Assembly (NCBI GenBank): GCA_934177995.1
Contig: CAKPPW010000005.1
Span: forward strand, 1-59,530
DNA length: 59,530 nucleotides
Direction of reading: 5' to 3'
DNA from: an uncultured Bacilli bacterium
GTDB lineage: Bacteria; Bacillota_I; Bacilli_A; RF39; UBA660
The notes under the pieces were generated by a model. That model was not told the DNA's origin. It saw only the letters and a program-made list of their open reading frames with translations, and made no database searches. A program made the translations under genes and the position numbers. Shown one piece after another: positions 10,599-20,052 of the stretch; positions within the stretch are counted from its first letter, which is position 1; every line of letters begins with the position of its first letter.

Positions 10599-11864
10599 AT
10601 GGCAAAGAAAAATAATAATATTCATGAAATAACAATTAAAATTGAAGGAGAAGAGTGGCAAAAAGCTCTAGATGAAAGCTTTAAGAAGAAAGTAAAAAAT
10701 GTAACTATTGATGGATTTAGAAAAGGAAAATGTCCAAGAAATATCTATGATAAGAAAGTAGGTATAGAAACATTATTTGATGAAGCTGGTAATATTGTAT
10801 TACAAGATGCTTATACTAAAGCTATTGAAGAAGCAAAAGTAATACCTGTTATTCCTGGTGAAGTTGAATTAACTAGTATTGATAAAGACCATGTTACATT
10901 TAAGTTTACTATTACTTCTCGTCCTGAAGTTACTATTAAAAACTATAAAGGATTAGGAGTTAAAGAAGAAAAAGCAACAGTTACTGATGAAGAAGTAGAA
11001 GAAGAAGTTAAGAAATTACTTGATAAATATGCTGAATTAGTAATTAAAGAAGATGGTTCAGTTGAGGCTGATGATTTAGTAACAATTGATTATGAAGGAT
11101 TCTTAGGAAGTAAAGCTTTTGAAGGTGGAAAAGGTGAAAACTATCCATTACAAATTGGAAGTGGAACATTTATTCCTGGTTTTGAAGAACAATTAATTGG
11201 TATGAAAAAGGAAGAAGAAAAAGAAATTAAAGTTACTTTCCCAGAAGAATACCATGAAGAATCATTAAAAGGAAAAGAAGCTACTTTCAAAGTAAAAGTA
11301 CATGAGATTAAAACAAAAGAAAAAAGAGAACTTGATCAAGATTTCTTTGATGATTTAGGCCTTGATGGTGTTAATGATGAAAAGAGTCTAAGAGAAGAAG
11401 TTAAGAAAAATATTCTTGCTCAAAAAGAAATGGAAAATGAAAACATCTATATTGATAAACTATTAAGTGAAGTAGCTAAGAATGTAGAAGTTGATATTCC
11501 AGAAGGAATGATTGAAGAAGAAACAACTCGTCTTTTAAAACGTGCTGAACAATCAATGATGATGCAAGGATTAAACTTAGACTTATATTATAAGATAACT
11601 GGAAGTAAAGAAGAAGACTTAAGAAATCAATTAAAGGATGAAGCTTATCAAAATGTTCTTTATCGTTTAATGCTTGAAGAAATTGTTAAGTTAGAAAAAA
11701 TTGAAGTAAGCGAAGAAGATGCTAAGAAAGAAGCTAAAGAGTTAGCTAATAAATACCAAATGGAAGAAGAAGACTTCTTAAAAGAATTTGGTGGACTAGA
11801 AATGGTTCAGTATGATCTTGAAATGAGAAGAACAATTGAACGTTTAAAAGAATTAAATAAATAA
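10599..11864 (+). CDS. tig: trigger factor
   Basis: 421 aa with the N-terminal ribosome-binding motif GFRKGKCPR and a central FKBP-type PPIase region (IDYEGF...GFEEQLIGMKK). Confidence 0.9.
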   Translation: MAKKNNNIHEITIKIEGEEWQKALDESFKKKVKNVTIDGFRKGKCPRNIYDKKVGIETLFDEAGNIVLQDAYTKAIEEAKVIPVIPGEVELTSIDKDHVTFKFTITSRPEVTIKNYKGLGVKEEKATVTDEEVEEEVKKLLDKYAELVIKEDGSVEADDLVTIDYEGFLGSKAFEGGKGENYPLQIGSGTFIPGFEEQLIGMKKEEEKEIKVTFPEEYHEESLKGKEATFKVKVHEIKTKEKRELDQDFFDDLGLDGVNDEKSLREEVKKNILAQKEMENENIYIDKLLSEVAKNVEVDIPEGMIEEETTRLLKRAEQSMMMQGLNLDLYYKITGSKEEDLRNQLKDEAYQNVLYRLMLEEIVKLEKIEVSEEDAKKEAKELANKYQMEEEDFLKEFGGLEMVQYDLEMRRTIERLKELNK

Positions 11865-11890
11865 AAACCTTTACCAATAGAGGTTTTTCT
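11864..11890 (+). terminator. intrinsic terminator after tig
   Basis: Stem aaaaccttt / agaggtttt with a 6-nt loop, followed by a T-run. Confidence 0.55.
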
Positions 11891-11923
11891 GATATAATTT
11901 TAAAGAAACAAGGAGGTAGTGTC

Positions 11924-12088
11924 ATGGCAAAAGTAGGAAATAGACAAAAGAAAACACTAGTATGTACAGTTTGTAAAGAAGAAAATTATCGTACACCTAA
12001 AAACGTTAAAAATACAACTGATCGTCTAGACATTAATAAATATTGTCCAAAATGTGGACATCATACTGAACACAAAGAAAAGAAGTAA
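11924..12088 (+). CDS. rpmG: 50S ribosomal protein L33 (Cys-containing form)
   Basis: 54-aa ORF missing from the supplied track (below its length cutoff): MAKVGNRQKKTLVCTVCKEENYRTPKNVKNTTDRLDINKYCPKCGHHTEHKEKK. RBS AGGAGG lies 7 nt upstream. Confidence 0.85.
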   Translation: MAKVGNRQKKTLVCTVCKEENYRTPKNVKNTTDRLDINKYCPKCGHHTEHKEKK

Positions 12089-12110
12089 TAACTAAAGGAG
12101 GAAATAAGAT

Positions 12111-12668
12111 ATGATTAATTCCAATGATTTAAAAAACGGAATTACTATTCAAGCTGATGGTAATATCTATATGGTACTTGATAGTCAACACGTAAAACCT
12201 GGTAAAGGAGCAGCTATTGTTAAAGCAAAACTTAAAAACTTAAGAACAGGTTCTATCGCTGAAAAGACTTTCAATGCTGGAGTTAAAGTAGAAACAGCAC
12301 ATATTTCAAAGAAACCTATGCAATTCCTTTATAGTATGGGAGATACTTATTACTTCATGAATATGCAAGATTATGAACAAATTGAACTTGATAAGAGTAC
12401 AATTGGTGATGATGCAAAATTCTTAAAAGAAAACTTAGAAGTAGAAATTATTTTCTTTGAAGGTGAAATGTTAGGTATGAACTTACCAGATAAAGTTGTT
12501 ATGAAAATAGTAGCTACTGAAGATGCTGTTAAAGGTAATACTTCATCTTCTGCTATGAAAAATGCTACATTAGAAACTGGTATGGTAGTACAAGTTCCAT
12601 TATTTATTAAACAAGATGAAGAAATTCTTGTTGGAACAAAAGATGGAAAATATGTATCAAGAGCATAA
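12111..12668 (+). CDS. efp: elongation factor P
   Basis: 185 aa with NDLKNGITIQADGNIY...HVKPGKGAAIVKAKLKNLRTG. Confidence 0.92.
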   Translation: MINSNDLKNGITIQADGNIYMVLDSQHVKPGKGAAIVKAKLKNLRTGSIAEKTFNAGVKVETAHISKKPMQFLYSMGDTYYFMNMQDYEQIELDKSTIGDDAKFLKENLEVEIIFFEGEMLGMNLPDKVVMKIVATEDAVKGNTSSSAMKNATLETGMVVQVPLFIKQDEEILVGTKDGKYVSRA

Positions 12669-12722
12669 AGCTCTTTTTTTCTTTACCTAAAAATGATATT
12701 ATTATTCTAGGATGGTGATTAA

Positions 12723-13715
12723 ATGAAAGTATTAGTAACAGGAGGATGTGGCTATATCGGTAGTCATACTGTTTGTGAATTATTAAAAAATAATTATGAA
12801 GTGGTTATCATTGATAACTTTAGTAATAGTAAAAAAGAAGTGGTTGATAAGATTAAGACTCTAACAGGAAGTGATGTTAAACTTTATGAGGGTGATGTTT
12901 GTGATAAAGAGCTTTTAGACAATATCTTTAAGACTGAACAAATTGATGCCGTAATTCATTTTGCTGGTTATAAAGCAGTAGGAGAAAGTGTTAAAAAACC
13001 ACTTATGTATTATGAGAATAACTTAATATCAACTCTATATCTACTTGAAGTAATGAAAAAATATAACTGTAAGAAATTTATATTCTCATCAAGTGCTACT
13101 GTCTATGGAACACCTAAAGAGTTACCAATCAAAGAAGATTTCCCTTTATCAACAACTAATCCATATGGTACTACTAAATTGATGATTGAAATGATTCTAA
13201 AGGATATTTATAAAGCTGATAATAGTCTTGATATTACTATTTTAAGATATTTTAATCCAATTGGTAATGAAGAGACAGGTTTGTTAGGAGAAAGTCCTAA
13301 TGGTATACCGAATAATCTTATGCCTTATATTGTTAGAGTAGCTACTAAAGAGTTAGAATGTTTAAGTATTTTTGGAGATGATTACGATACTAAAGATGGA
13401 ACAGGGGTAAGAGATTATATCCATGTTGTAGATCTTGCTAAAGGACATGTACTAGCTCTTAAGAAAGCTAAAGGATTAAGTATTTATAACTTAGGTACTG
13501 GTTCTGGGTATAGTGTTTTAGAATTAGTTAAAACTTTTGAAAGAGTAAATAATATTAAAGTTAATTATAAAATAGTCGGAAGACGAGAAGGAGATATTGC
13601 TAGTTGTTATGCTGATAATACTAAAGCAAAAGAAGAGTTAGGTTTTAATCCTACTAAGACTTTAGAAGATATGTGTCGAGATTCTTATACTTATATTCTT
13701 AATAATAAAAAGTAG
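12723..13715 (+). CDS. galE: UDP-glucose 4-epimerase
   Basis: 330 aa with the Rossmann motif VLVTGGCGYIGSH, the SSSATVYG and PYGTTK (YxxxK) motifs, and a typical GalE length. Confidence 0.85.
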   Translation: MKVLVTGGCGYIGSHTVCELLKNNYEVVIIDNFSNSKKEVVDKIKTLTGSDVKLYEGDVCDKELLDNIFKTEQIDAVIHFAGYKAVGESVKKPLMYYENNLISTLYLLEVMKKYNCKKFIFSSSATVYGTPKELPIKEDFPLSTTNPYGTTKLMIEMILKDIYKADNSLDITILRYFNPIGNEETGLLGESPNGIPNNLMPYIVRVATKELECLSIFGDDYDTKDGTGVRDYIHVVDLAKGHVLALKKAKGLSIYNLGTGSGYSVLELVKTFERVNNIKVNYKIVGRREGDIASCYADNTKAKEELGFNPTKTLEDMCRDSYTYILNNKK

Positions 13716-13728
13716 TCGTTGATATTTT

Positions 13729-13757
13729 TTGACAAATAGTATTAATTATTATATAAT
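13729..13757 (+). promoter_or_regulatory. sigma-A type promoter upstream of the pyrophosphatase gene
   Basis: TTGACA (13729-13734), a 17-nt spacer, then TATAAT (13752-13757). Confidence 0.5.
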
Positions 13758-13781
13758 CTTAAACAGAAATGAGGGAGTTAT

Positions 13782-15401
13782 ATGGAAAAAACTTATATAT
13801 TTGGACATAGAAAACCAGATACTGATTCTGTCTGTAGTGCTATTAGTCTATCATATTTAAAAAAACAATTAGGAGAAAATACTGAGGCTTGTATCTTAGG
13901 AAATGTTAATAAGGAAACAGCTTATGCTCTAGATTATTTTAAAGTGAAAATGCCAAAGTATTTAAATGATGTTAAATTACAACTTAAAGATGTAGATTAT
14001 CATAAACATTATTTTTTAAATCAATCTAAATCTATTTATGATAGTTACTTATATATGTTAAATCAAGGATTAACTGGAGTACCAGTAGTAGATGAAAAAG
14101 AGAAATTACTTGGTATTGTAACTATTAAAGATTTAGCTCATCACTTTATTAATGATGAAGTTAATCTATTAAAAACATCATATAGCAACTTACTAGAAGT
14201 GTTAAAAGCAGAAGAAGTGTTAAAGTTTGATGAAGAAATTGAAGGAAACTTGTTAGCAGCAGCTTACCGTAGTACTACTTTCCTTGAAACAGTAAAACTA
14301 AAGAAAACTGATATTCTAATAGTAGGAGATCGTCATAGTGTTATTGAATATGCTGTAGAAAATGGTGTTAAGATGATAATTTTAACTGGTAATGGAGAAA
14401 TTAAAAATAAACACTTAGAAATAGCTAGAAAGAATAAAGTTAATATTATAAGAAGTAGTTATGATACTTATCATGTTTCTCGTCTAGTTAGTCTAGCTAA
14501 TTATATTGGTAATATGACAAGAACTACTAAAGATGCTGTAACCTTTGATGAAAATATTTATGTAGATGATATTTTAGAAATAAATAAGAAATTAAGACAT
14601 ACTAATTATCCAGTAATTAATAGTAAAACTGGTAAATGTTTAGGACTTTTAAGAATAACTGATTTAGAAGCTAAACATCCTAAGAAAGTAATTTTAGTAG
14701 ATCATAATGAAAAGGTTCAAAGTGCTGAAGGATTAGAAGAAGCAGAAATTAAAGAAATATTTGATCACCATAATTTAGGATCAATTACTACTGCTAGTCC
14801 CGTAAACTTTAGAAATATGGCAGTCGGTTCTACTAATACTATTATTTATACTTTATATAAAGAAAAAGAAATAGAAATTACTAAAGAGATGGCTGGTATG
14901 ATGTTATCTGGTATTTTATCTGATACCTTAATACTAAAAAGTCCAACAGCAACTCAACTTGATGTAGAAGCTGTTCACTATCTTTCAAAAATAGCAGGAG
15001 TTGACTATAAAAAATATGGTCTTGATATGATTAAAGCTGGTACTTCACTTGAAGGTATGAGTGAAGAAGATGTTTTATATAATGACTTTAAACTTTATAA
15101 TGTAAATGATAAGACAATGGGTATAGGACAATTCTTTACTACTAACTTTGATGAAATTAAAAAGAATATGGATAAGTATTTAGATACACTAGATGAAGTA
15201 GCTGAAGCAAATAACTATTCATTATTAGCACTTTATATAACTGATATTATTGAAAATGGTTCTTATGTTATCTATAATAGAAAAGCTAAAGATTTAATGG
15301 AAATTGCTTATCGTAAGGATATGGAAGAAGGTACATATCTAGCTGATGTTGTTTCTAGAAAGAAACATGTAGTACCACTTCTTATGGAAGTATTTAATTA
15401 A
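13782..15401 (+). CDS. ppaC: CBS-domain-containing family II (DHH/DHHA2) inorganic pyrophosphatase
   Basis: 539 aa. The N-terminus is FGHRKPDTDSVCSA, with a CBS/DRTGG insert (GVPVVDEKEKLLGIVTIKD), then VDHNE, DHHNLG and a DHHA2-like tail. Confidence 0.8.
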   Translation: MEKTYIFGHRKPDTDSVCSAISLSYLKKQLGENTEACILGNVNKETAYALDYFKVKMPKYLNDVKLQLKDVDYHKHYFLNQSKSIYDSYLYMLNQGLTGVPVVDEKEKLLGIVTIKDLAHHFINDEVNLLKTSYSNLLEVLKAEEVLKFDEEIEGNLLAAAYRSTTFLETVKLKKTDILIVGDRHSVIEYAVENGVKMIILTGNGEIKNKHLEIARKNKVNIIRSSYDTYHVSRLVSLANYIGNMTRTTKDAVTFDENIYVDDILEINKKLRHTNYPVINSKTGKCLGLLRITDLEAKHPKKVILVDHNEKVQSAEGLEEAEIKEIFDHHNLGSITTASPVNFRNMAVGSTNTIIYTLYKEKEIEITKEMAGMMLSGILSDTLILKSPTATQLDVEAVHYLSKIAGVDYKKYGLDMIKAGTSLEGMSEEDVLYNDFKLYNVNDKTMGIGQFFTTNFDEIKKNMDKYLDTLDEVAEANNYSLLALYITDIIENGSYVIYNRKAKDLMEIAYRKDMEEGTYLADVVSRKKHVVPLLMEVFN

Positions 15402-15430
15402 AGGAATGATTGTTAATAATCATTCCTTTT
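15402..15430. terminator. hairpin terminator between convergent genes
   Basis: Perfect 10-bp stem aggaatgatt / aatcattcct (15402-15427) followed by TTT. Lies between ppaC (+) and the minus-strand small ORF. Confidence 0.6.
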
Positions 15431-15458
15431 CTGTTAAATACAAAATAAATATTTATAA

Positions 15459-15629
15459 TTATGATTTTTTTTCTTTAGCTGAGTAGACAATTGCCTTTTT
15501 TTTTGATGACATTACTTCTTTAGACCATTTTATTGGAATAACATCTTTTAATGTTTCTTTAGTGCTTACTGTAGGCCTAGATTGTGTAAAAAAACCATTT
15601 GGAAATTTGATTTCTTTTTTAGTATTCAT
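15459..15629 (-). CDS. small hypothetical protein (56 aa) downstream of the PemK-like gene
   Basis: Not in the supplied track. Reads MNTKKEIKFPNGFFTQSRPTVSTKETLKDVIPIKWSKEVMSSKKKAIVYSAKEKKS. A strong RBS (GAGGTGG) lies 5 nt upstream of the ATG. Confidence 0.4.
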   Translation of the reverse strand: MNTKKEIKFPNGFFTQSRPTVSTKETLKDVIPIKWSKEVMSSKKKAIVYSAKEKKS

Positions 15630-15742
15630 AAGACCACCTCACTATCTTTCTATTTATTAATATAATTATACTTTAAAAATAATGCAAATATCAAGCTAAG
15701 ATTGGCTTGTATTATAGCATTTAAAGCATTAATTGTCAAACT

Positions 15743-16171
15743 TTAGTTTGCCACTGCCTCTTTTATATTATTTAGATTATTACGTAATTTATTGCTTTTA
15801 GCAAGTATCATAATTATCATTATTAGTTCGTCTAATAACTCATCACTTATGTGACCTAAAACATAATAATCTATTTTGGATTTATCAAAGTAAATAAGTT
15901 GATCAGCTTTAATAAAACCACTTTTCTTATTAATATTTTTATTTGAAATAATATCATCACTAATAATTTCAATATTTTCCATAAATCTTAATTTTCTATT
16001 TTTTTGTTCTTCATTTTTAAAACTGGACATTACATTAGTAACTAAATCATAACCTAAGCCTTCAATAAAGTCTGGTTTATCATTTACTACAATGAATGAA
16101 TGTTTGCCTATTACTATTCCGTCTTCTCCAATATAGTTATTTACAACAATAATATCTCCTAATTTACACAT
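15743..16171 (-). CDS. PemK/MazF-like toxin-fold protein
   Basis: 142 aa. N-terminus is GDIIVV...G.HSFIVVND, and the C-terminal region is GFIKADQLIYFDKSKI..LGHISDELLDEL. This follows the MazF pattern (GD-I-V, RP-hVV, vdQlrtiDKsRl, G-ls-e). RBS is AAAGGAGGA. Confidence 0.55.
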   Translation of the reverse strand: MCKLGDIIVVNNYIGEDGIVIGKHSFIVVNDKPDFIEGLGYDLVTNVMSSFKNEEQKNRKLRFMENIEIISDDIISNKNINKKSGFIKADQLIYFDKSKIDYYVLGHISDELLDELIMIIMILAKSNKLRNNLNNIKEAVAN

Positions 16172-16256
16172 GTTTAATATTCCTCCTTTTATATTATTAT
16201 TTGTTTATTATAGTATGTTCTAGAAAATGTCAATTTCTTTTAACATAAAATATATA

Positions 16257-16285
16257 GCAAAAGACTAGTCTTGATGGGCTAGTCT
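16257..16285 (-). terminator. intrinsic terminator after cotJC
   Basis: Stem agactag / ctagtct flanked by A/T runs, immediately 3' of the cotJC stop on the minus strand. Confidence 0.5.
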
Positions 16286-16843
16286 TTATCTATATTTTTC
16301 TTGATATTCATCAAATAAATCTTTAAATAAATTATAGTGAACAACTTCTCTTTGTCTTAAGAATAATAGTGGTCCAATTACATCTGGATCATTTGTTAAA
16401 TCAATTAAGTTCTCATAGACTGCTCTTGCTTTTTGTTCAGCAGCCATGTCTTCTGCAAGATCTGCTAATGGGTCACCAGTTGTAGCAAAGTAATCTACTG
16501 TAAACGGTACTCCATCAGCATTAGTAGGGTATAAGGCTCTTTTGTGTCCGGCATAATGAGAATCAAGCCCGGCTGCTTTTAACTCCTCAATAGTAGCATC
16601 TTTTAATAACTGATAAATCATAGTAGAAATCATTTCAATATGAGCAAGTTCTTCGGTACCAATATCAGTTAGTAGAGCTTGTCCTTTATTATCAGGCATA
16701 GTGTATCTTTGATTTAAATATCTTAGGGCAGCACCTAACTCACCATTGCTACCTCCATATTGTTCAACTAATAGTTTGGCCATATTTAAATCTTTTCTTT
16801 TTATATTAATTGGATACTGTAATTTCTTTTGATACTTCCACAT
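16286..16843 (-). CDS. cotJC: spore coat protein CotJC (manganese catalase family)
   Basis: 185 aa starting MWKYQKKLQYPI. Also has GGSNGELGAALRYLNQRY and EELAHIEM (di-metal ligand motifs). Confidence 0.88.
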   Translation of the reverse strand: MWKYQKKLQYPINIKRKDLNMAKLLVEQYGGSNGELGAALRYLNQRYTMPDNKGQALLTDIGTEELAHIEMISTMIYQLLKDATIEELKAAGLDSHYAGHKRALYPTNADGVPFTVDYFATTGDPLADLAEDMAAEQKARAVYENLIDLTNDPDVIGPLLFLRQREVVHYNLFKDLFDEYQEKYR

Positions 16844-17281
16844 TTACATACCTCCTTCATTCCATGGAAAGTTTTCCATTTCCCATTTAAAGGGACTATC
16901 TTTTAAAGCCTCACTAGAGATATTAATAACACCATATCTAGCTTCATATTCATTTAAAAGATTATTAGCTTCCTTTCGGTACTGATTAAATATCTCTAAC
17001 ATATTCCCATCTTGTGGATTAAGATCTAAATATAAATTTAAATCATGAGCGGCAAACTCCTGTTCACTTAGTCTTAAGAATAAATCATCTTGTTCACTAG
17101 TAGGTGTTAATACTTGTGGAGTATAATTCTTATAAGGTATATAGCTATCCTTAAACATATTTCCTAAAGTAAATCCTTCACTACTAGAGTAAAGATTATT
17201 ATCATCACTAACTTGTCTAAAATAGTTAGAACTATTTCTTTGATAATTAAAATTAGGACGATATTGATATTGTTGATTCAT
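16844..17281 (-). CDS. cotJB: spore coat protein CotJB with an N-terminal CotJA-like extension
   Basis: The C-terminal half (FAAHDLNLYLDLNPQD...FNQY...YEARYG...PFKWE..FPW) matches the CotJB pattern. The extra ~60 aa at the N-terminus contain GFTLGNMFKDSYIPY, resembling the CotJA GTLFP-L--PY motif. Confidence 0.7.
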   Translation of the reverse strand: MNQQYQYRPNFNYQRNSSNYFRQVSDDNNLYSSSEGFTLGNMFKDSYIPYKNYTPQVLTPTSEQDDLFLRLSEQEFAAHDLNLYLDLNPQDGNMLEIFNQYRKEANNLLNEYEARYGVINISSEALKDSPFKWEMENFPWNEGGM

Positions 17282-17343
17282 AAATTTTCCCCTTTCCTTA
17301 GTAATTTATTCCAAAAAAAAATAGGCGTATAGTCAAATACCTA

Positions 17344-18003
17344 TTAATATAAACTGAAGGGGTTTAGACTACTACCCTTATAAGGATACGCATTCCAAAG
17401 TGAGAAGTGTAAGTGTACCCCAGTGGCAAGACCACTTCTTCCCATACCAGCGATTACTTGTCCTTTACTAACTCTTTGACCAACAGAAACATTAACACTT
17501 GCTAGATGAGCATACATTGTATAATAACCATTATCGTGTCTAATAACTACATAAAGACCATTGTCCCATTTTCTTGATACAGTGACAACCTCACCATCAT
17601 TAACAGCAAAGATACTAGAATTATAAGGACATCCTGCTATATCAACTCCGTCATGTGCTGTTCCTCGATAACCTTGACTTATATAATAGCCACTAACAGT
17701 AGGAAAAGCGTAACCATTTCCAGTATTTACAGATACATAAGTGGGAGCATTATTAGTAGTGGTAGTTGCTTGAATAGTAGGCGTATTATTTACTACTTCT
17801 ACGTTACTAGTATTAGAAAAAGGACTATTGATAGTTTCTTCACTTTCAAAAAATTTTTCATTATTAGCATTGTAAAATGTTAAAAGATCAGGATTTTTAT
17901 AAGCTACATAACCAATCATACTTACTAAAATAGAAACTGTTGTTAAATAAGTCATATATACTTTTATTTTTTTAAAGAATCTTACCACAAATACCACTCC
18001 CAT
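17344..18003 (-). CDS. M23 family (LytM-type) metallopeptidase, membrane anchored
   Basis: Motifs HDGVDIAG, YTMYAHL and GVHLHFSLW. The track start at 18114 overlaps the divergent gene. ATG 18003, or the GTG just downstream after GGGAG, is more plausible and yields a signal anchor. Confidence 0.8.
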   Translation of the reverse strand: MGVVFVVRFFKKIKVYMTYLTTVSILVSMIGYVAYKNPDLLTFYNANNEKFFESEETINSPFSNTSNVEVVNNTPTIQATTTTNNAPTYVSVNTGNGYAFPTVSGYYISQGYRGTAHDGVDIAGCPYNSSIFAVNDGEVVTVSRKWDNGLYVVIRHDNGYYTMYAHLASVNVSVGQRVSKGQVIAGMGRSGLATGVHLHFSLWNAYPYKGSSLNPFSLY

Positions 18004-18091
18004 CGATAAGAGGTATATTATAACATTAACTTTTTCTTTTGTCAAAATAAAAATATCGTGATAAAATGTAATTGAATAGGAAAGTGATAAA

Positions 18092-19006
18092 ATGAAAGTA
18101 TTTACATATAACAAAGTAAAAGCTAAAAAATATGGTAATACTTATGCACCGTTAAAAAATTCTATAGTAATAATCATTGTTGGAGTATTACTTTTGACTG
18201 TTAGTAGTATAATTTCTTTTAAATATGACTTATTAATGTTAACTGTTATCACCATAGTTGTACTTATAATAGGTATAATACTAGCAGTTATTAATTTTAC
18301 TAGTAAGATTAATCTGGATTTGTCAGCTTTAGTAATTGATAACGATAGTTTAATGGTTATTAAAGTAAACCCTTTAGCTAATAAAAAAGATCTAAATAAT
18401 TTAAAAAATAAATATATGAAAAAAACAAAAAAGAGTATAAATAAATTAATGCAAGATGATAAATTTATTGCTTATTTAATAGAAAATGTCAATGATATAA
18501 ATGAGTTTGAAATAACAAAAGTTTTAAATATTTATAGTAAAAAAATAAGTGATAAAAAAATAGCAATCACTTGTGATTTATATGACTTAAAAAATAAAAT
18601 AATTAAATATAATACAAAATTAACTATTTTAAATGCATACAGTAGACAAACTGAGATATATGAGTATATTAAAAACTATAAGAATGAAGATAAATATACT
18701 ATAGATATAAATAAAATGAATAAAAAAAGGTATAATGATTTATTTGCCAAAAATATTGAAAATTTAGAGTTTTGGTTAATGTGTTCTTTAGTATTTACTT
18801 TTTTAATAATTATTCTCAAGCTAACTGCTCCGTTTATTTGCACTATTCCTTTTTATGCTGAAATTATGACTTTTGCACTTACTCTTTCTTGTTATGATCC
18901 AGCTAATGATACTAACTACATAGGTAGTAATAAAACACATAATTATATAAAGATAGCTATAGCTAGTTTTATAGTTAGTTTACTAGTTTGCTTTGTTTGG
19001 AGGTAG
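18092..19006 (+). CDS. hypothetical polytopic membrane protein
   Basis: 304 aa with two N-terminal and 2-3 C-terminal TM helices flanking a K/N-rich soluble region. No recognisable motif. Confidence 0.5.
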   Translation: MKVFTYNKVKAKKYGNTYAPLKNSIVIIIVGVLLLTVSSIISFKYDLLMLTVITIVVLIIGIILAVINFTSKINLDLSALVIDNDSLMVIKVNPLANKKDLNNLKNKYMKKTKKSINKLMQDDKFIAYLIENVNDINEFEITKVLNIYSKKISDKKIAITCDLYDLKNKIIKYNTKLTILNAYSRQTEIYEYIKNYKNEDKYTIDINKMNKKRYNDLFAKNIENLEFWLMCSLVFTFLIIILKLTAPFICTIPFYAEIMTFALTLSCYDPANDTNYIGSNKTHNYIKIAIASFIVSLLVCFVWR

Positions 19007-19010
19007 AAGT

Positions 19011-19919
19011 ATGAATGATAAACAAGTAGAAAATTTATTTGTTACAATGATAGATGATTCTTATCTACATGATAAATTAACTCTAAATGATGTTTCTTCT
19101 TTAACTTTAGAAAAAGCCTATATTACGCCAGCTTATTATTCATCAACAAAGAAAATAGTAATGACTGAAGAGATGATGGAACCAATTTATCTTGCCCATG
19201 AATTTGGTCATTACTTATTTGATTATTTGGATGATGATGATTTGGAAATGGCTAGTACTTATGTTAGTAAAGCTCAAGATAATTTTACTACTAGTTATAT
19301 TAGTGATACTATAATAGATGATAATTATCGTTTTATAAATAAAAGAATGGCTGAATTATTAGAGAAACAAGATGAGAAAATTAGATTGGATATTTCTTCT
19401 TTATATCAAGATGGTAATATAGAAGAATTAGCTTCTTATGTGCGTAAGACCATTATTCATGACTTTAATATTAAAAAAGTAGATACTGAAACATTAGATA
19501 AGATAGATCAAAGTGTTATAGCTATCTTAAATAATAATGGTGAAAAGCAAGTTAAGAATTATATATATGTAAATTATGGTAAGAAATTAGCAACAACAAA
19601 AGCCCAGGTGTTATTAGATAAAGAGGAACCTAAAGGATTATCGATGATGTTTGATTTATTTTCTTCATTAAATGATGGTAAGTACTATAATCTTCCATTT
19701 ACACATGATGCTAGCTATTATCAGAAAAATGATACTTTAGCTTTTAATGAACAGTTTGCTAATTATACGGCCTTAAAACTAACTAATTGTCAAGAAAACT
19801 TAGATAATGTTAGAAAAGTATTAGGAGATGAGTATACTAGTTTTATGGATAGTTTATTAGCAAAAAGTCTTACTAAATTAGGTGTAAAACAAGATATAAA
19901 TAATTTGCATAAAAACTAA
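19011..19919 (+). CDS. hypothetical HExxH zinc-metallopeptidase-like protein
   Basis: Start moved to ATG 19011, 6 nt after GGAGG. Has LAHEFGHYLFD and a downstream FNEQFANY (possible third-ligand Glu). No signal peptide. Confidence 0.45.
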   Translation: MNDKQVENLFVTMIDDSYLHDKLTLNDVSSLTLEKAYITPAYYSSTKKIVMTEEMMEPIYLAHEFGHYLFDYLDDDDLEMASTYVSKAQDNFTTSYISDTIIDDNYRFINKRMAELLEKQDEKIRLDISSLYQDGNIEELASYVRKTIIHDFNIKKVDTETLDKIDQSVIAILNNNGEKQVKNYIYVNYGKKLATTKAQVLLDKEEPKGLSMMFDLFSSLNDGKYYNLPFTHDASYYQKNDTLAFNEQFANYTALKLTNCQENLDNVRKVLGDEYTSFMDSLLAKSLTKLGVKQDINNLHKN

Positions 19920-20052
19920 TTTTAGAGTATAATCTATAGTGTGAAGTAATTCACTGGACATTTATAAAAATTATAAGAATTCTATATTGACCTTTCAATT
20001 TTTGGATTATTAATGATTTCTATACTAGTCCAATTATTGTGGAAAGGAGAAT

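Noticed and set aside
15494-15502. T9/A9 run in the 56-aa ORF, and other A/T homopolymers, as phase-variation sites
   Set aside because: A/T runs of 8-9 nt are common throughout this AT-rich sequence, so they are not individually informative, unlike the G8 and G6 tracts.
17653-17883. Plus-strand 76-aa ORF
   Set aside because: Antisense within the M23 peptidase gene; spurious.
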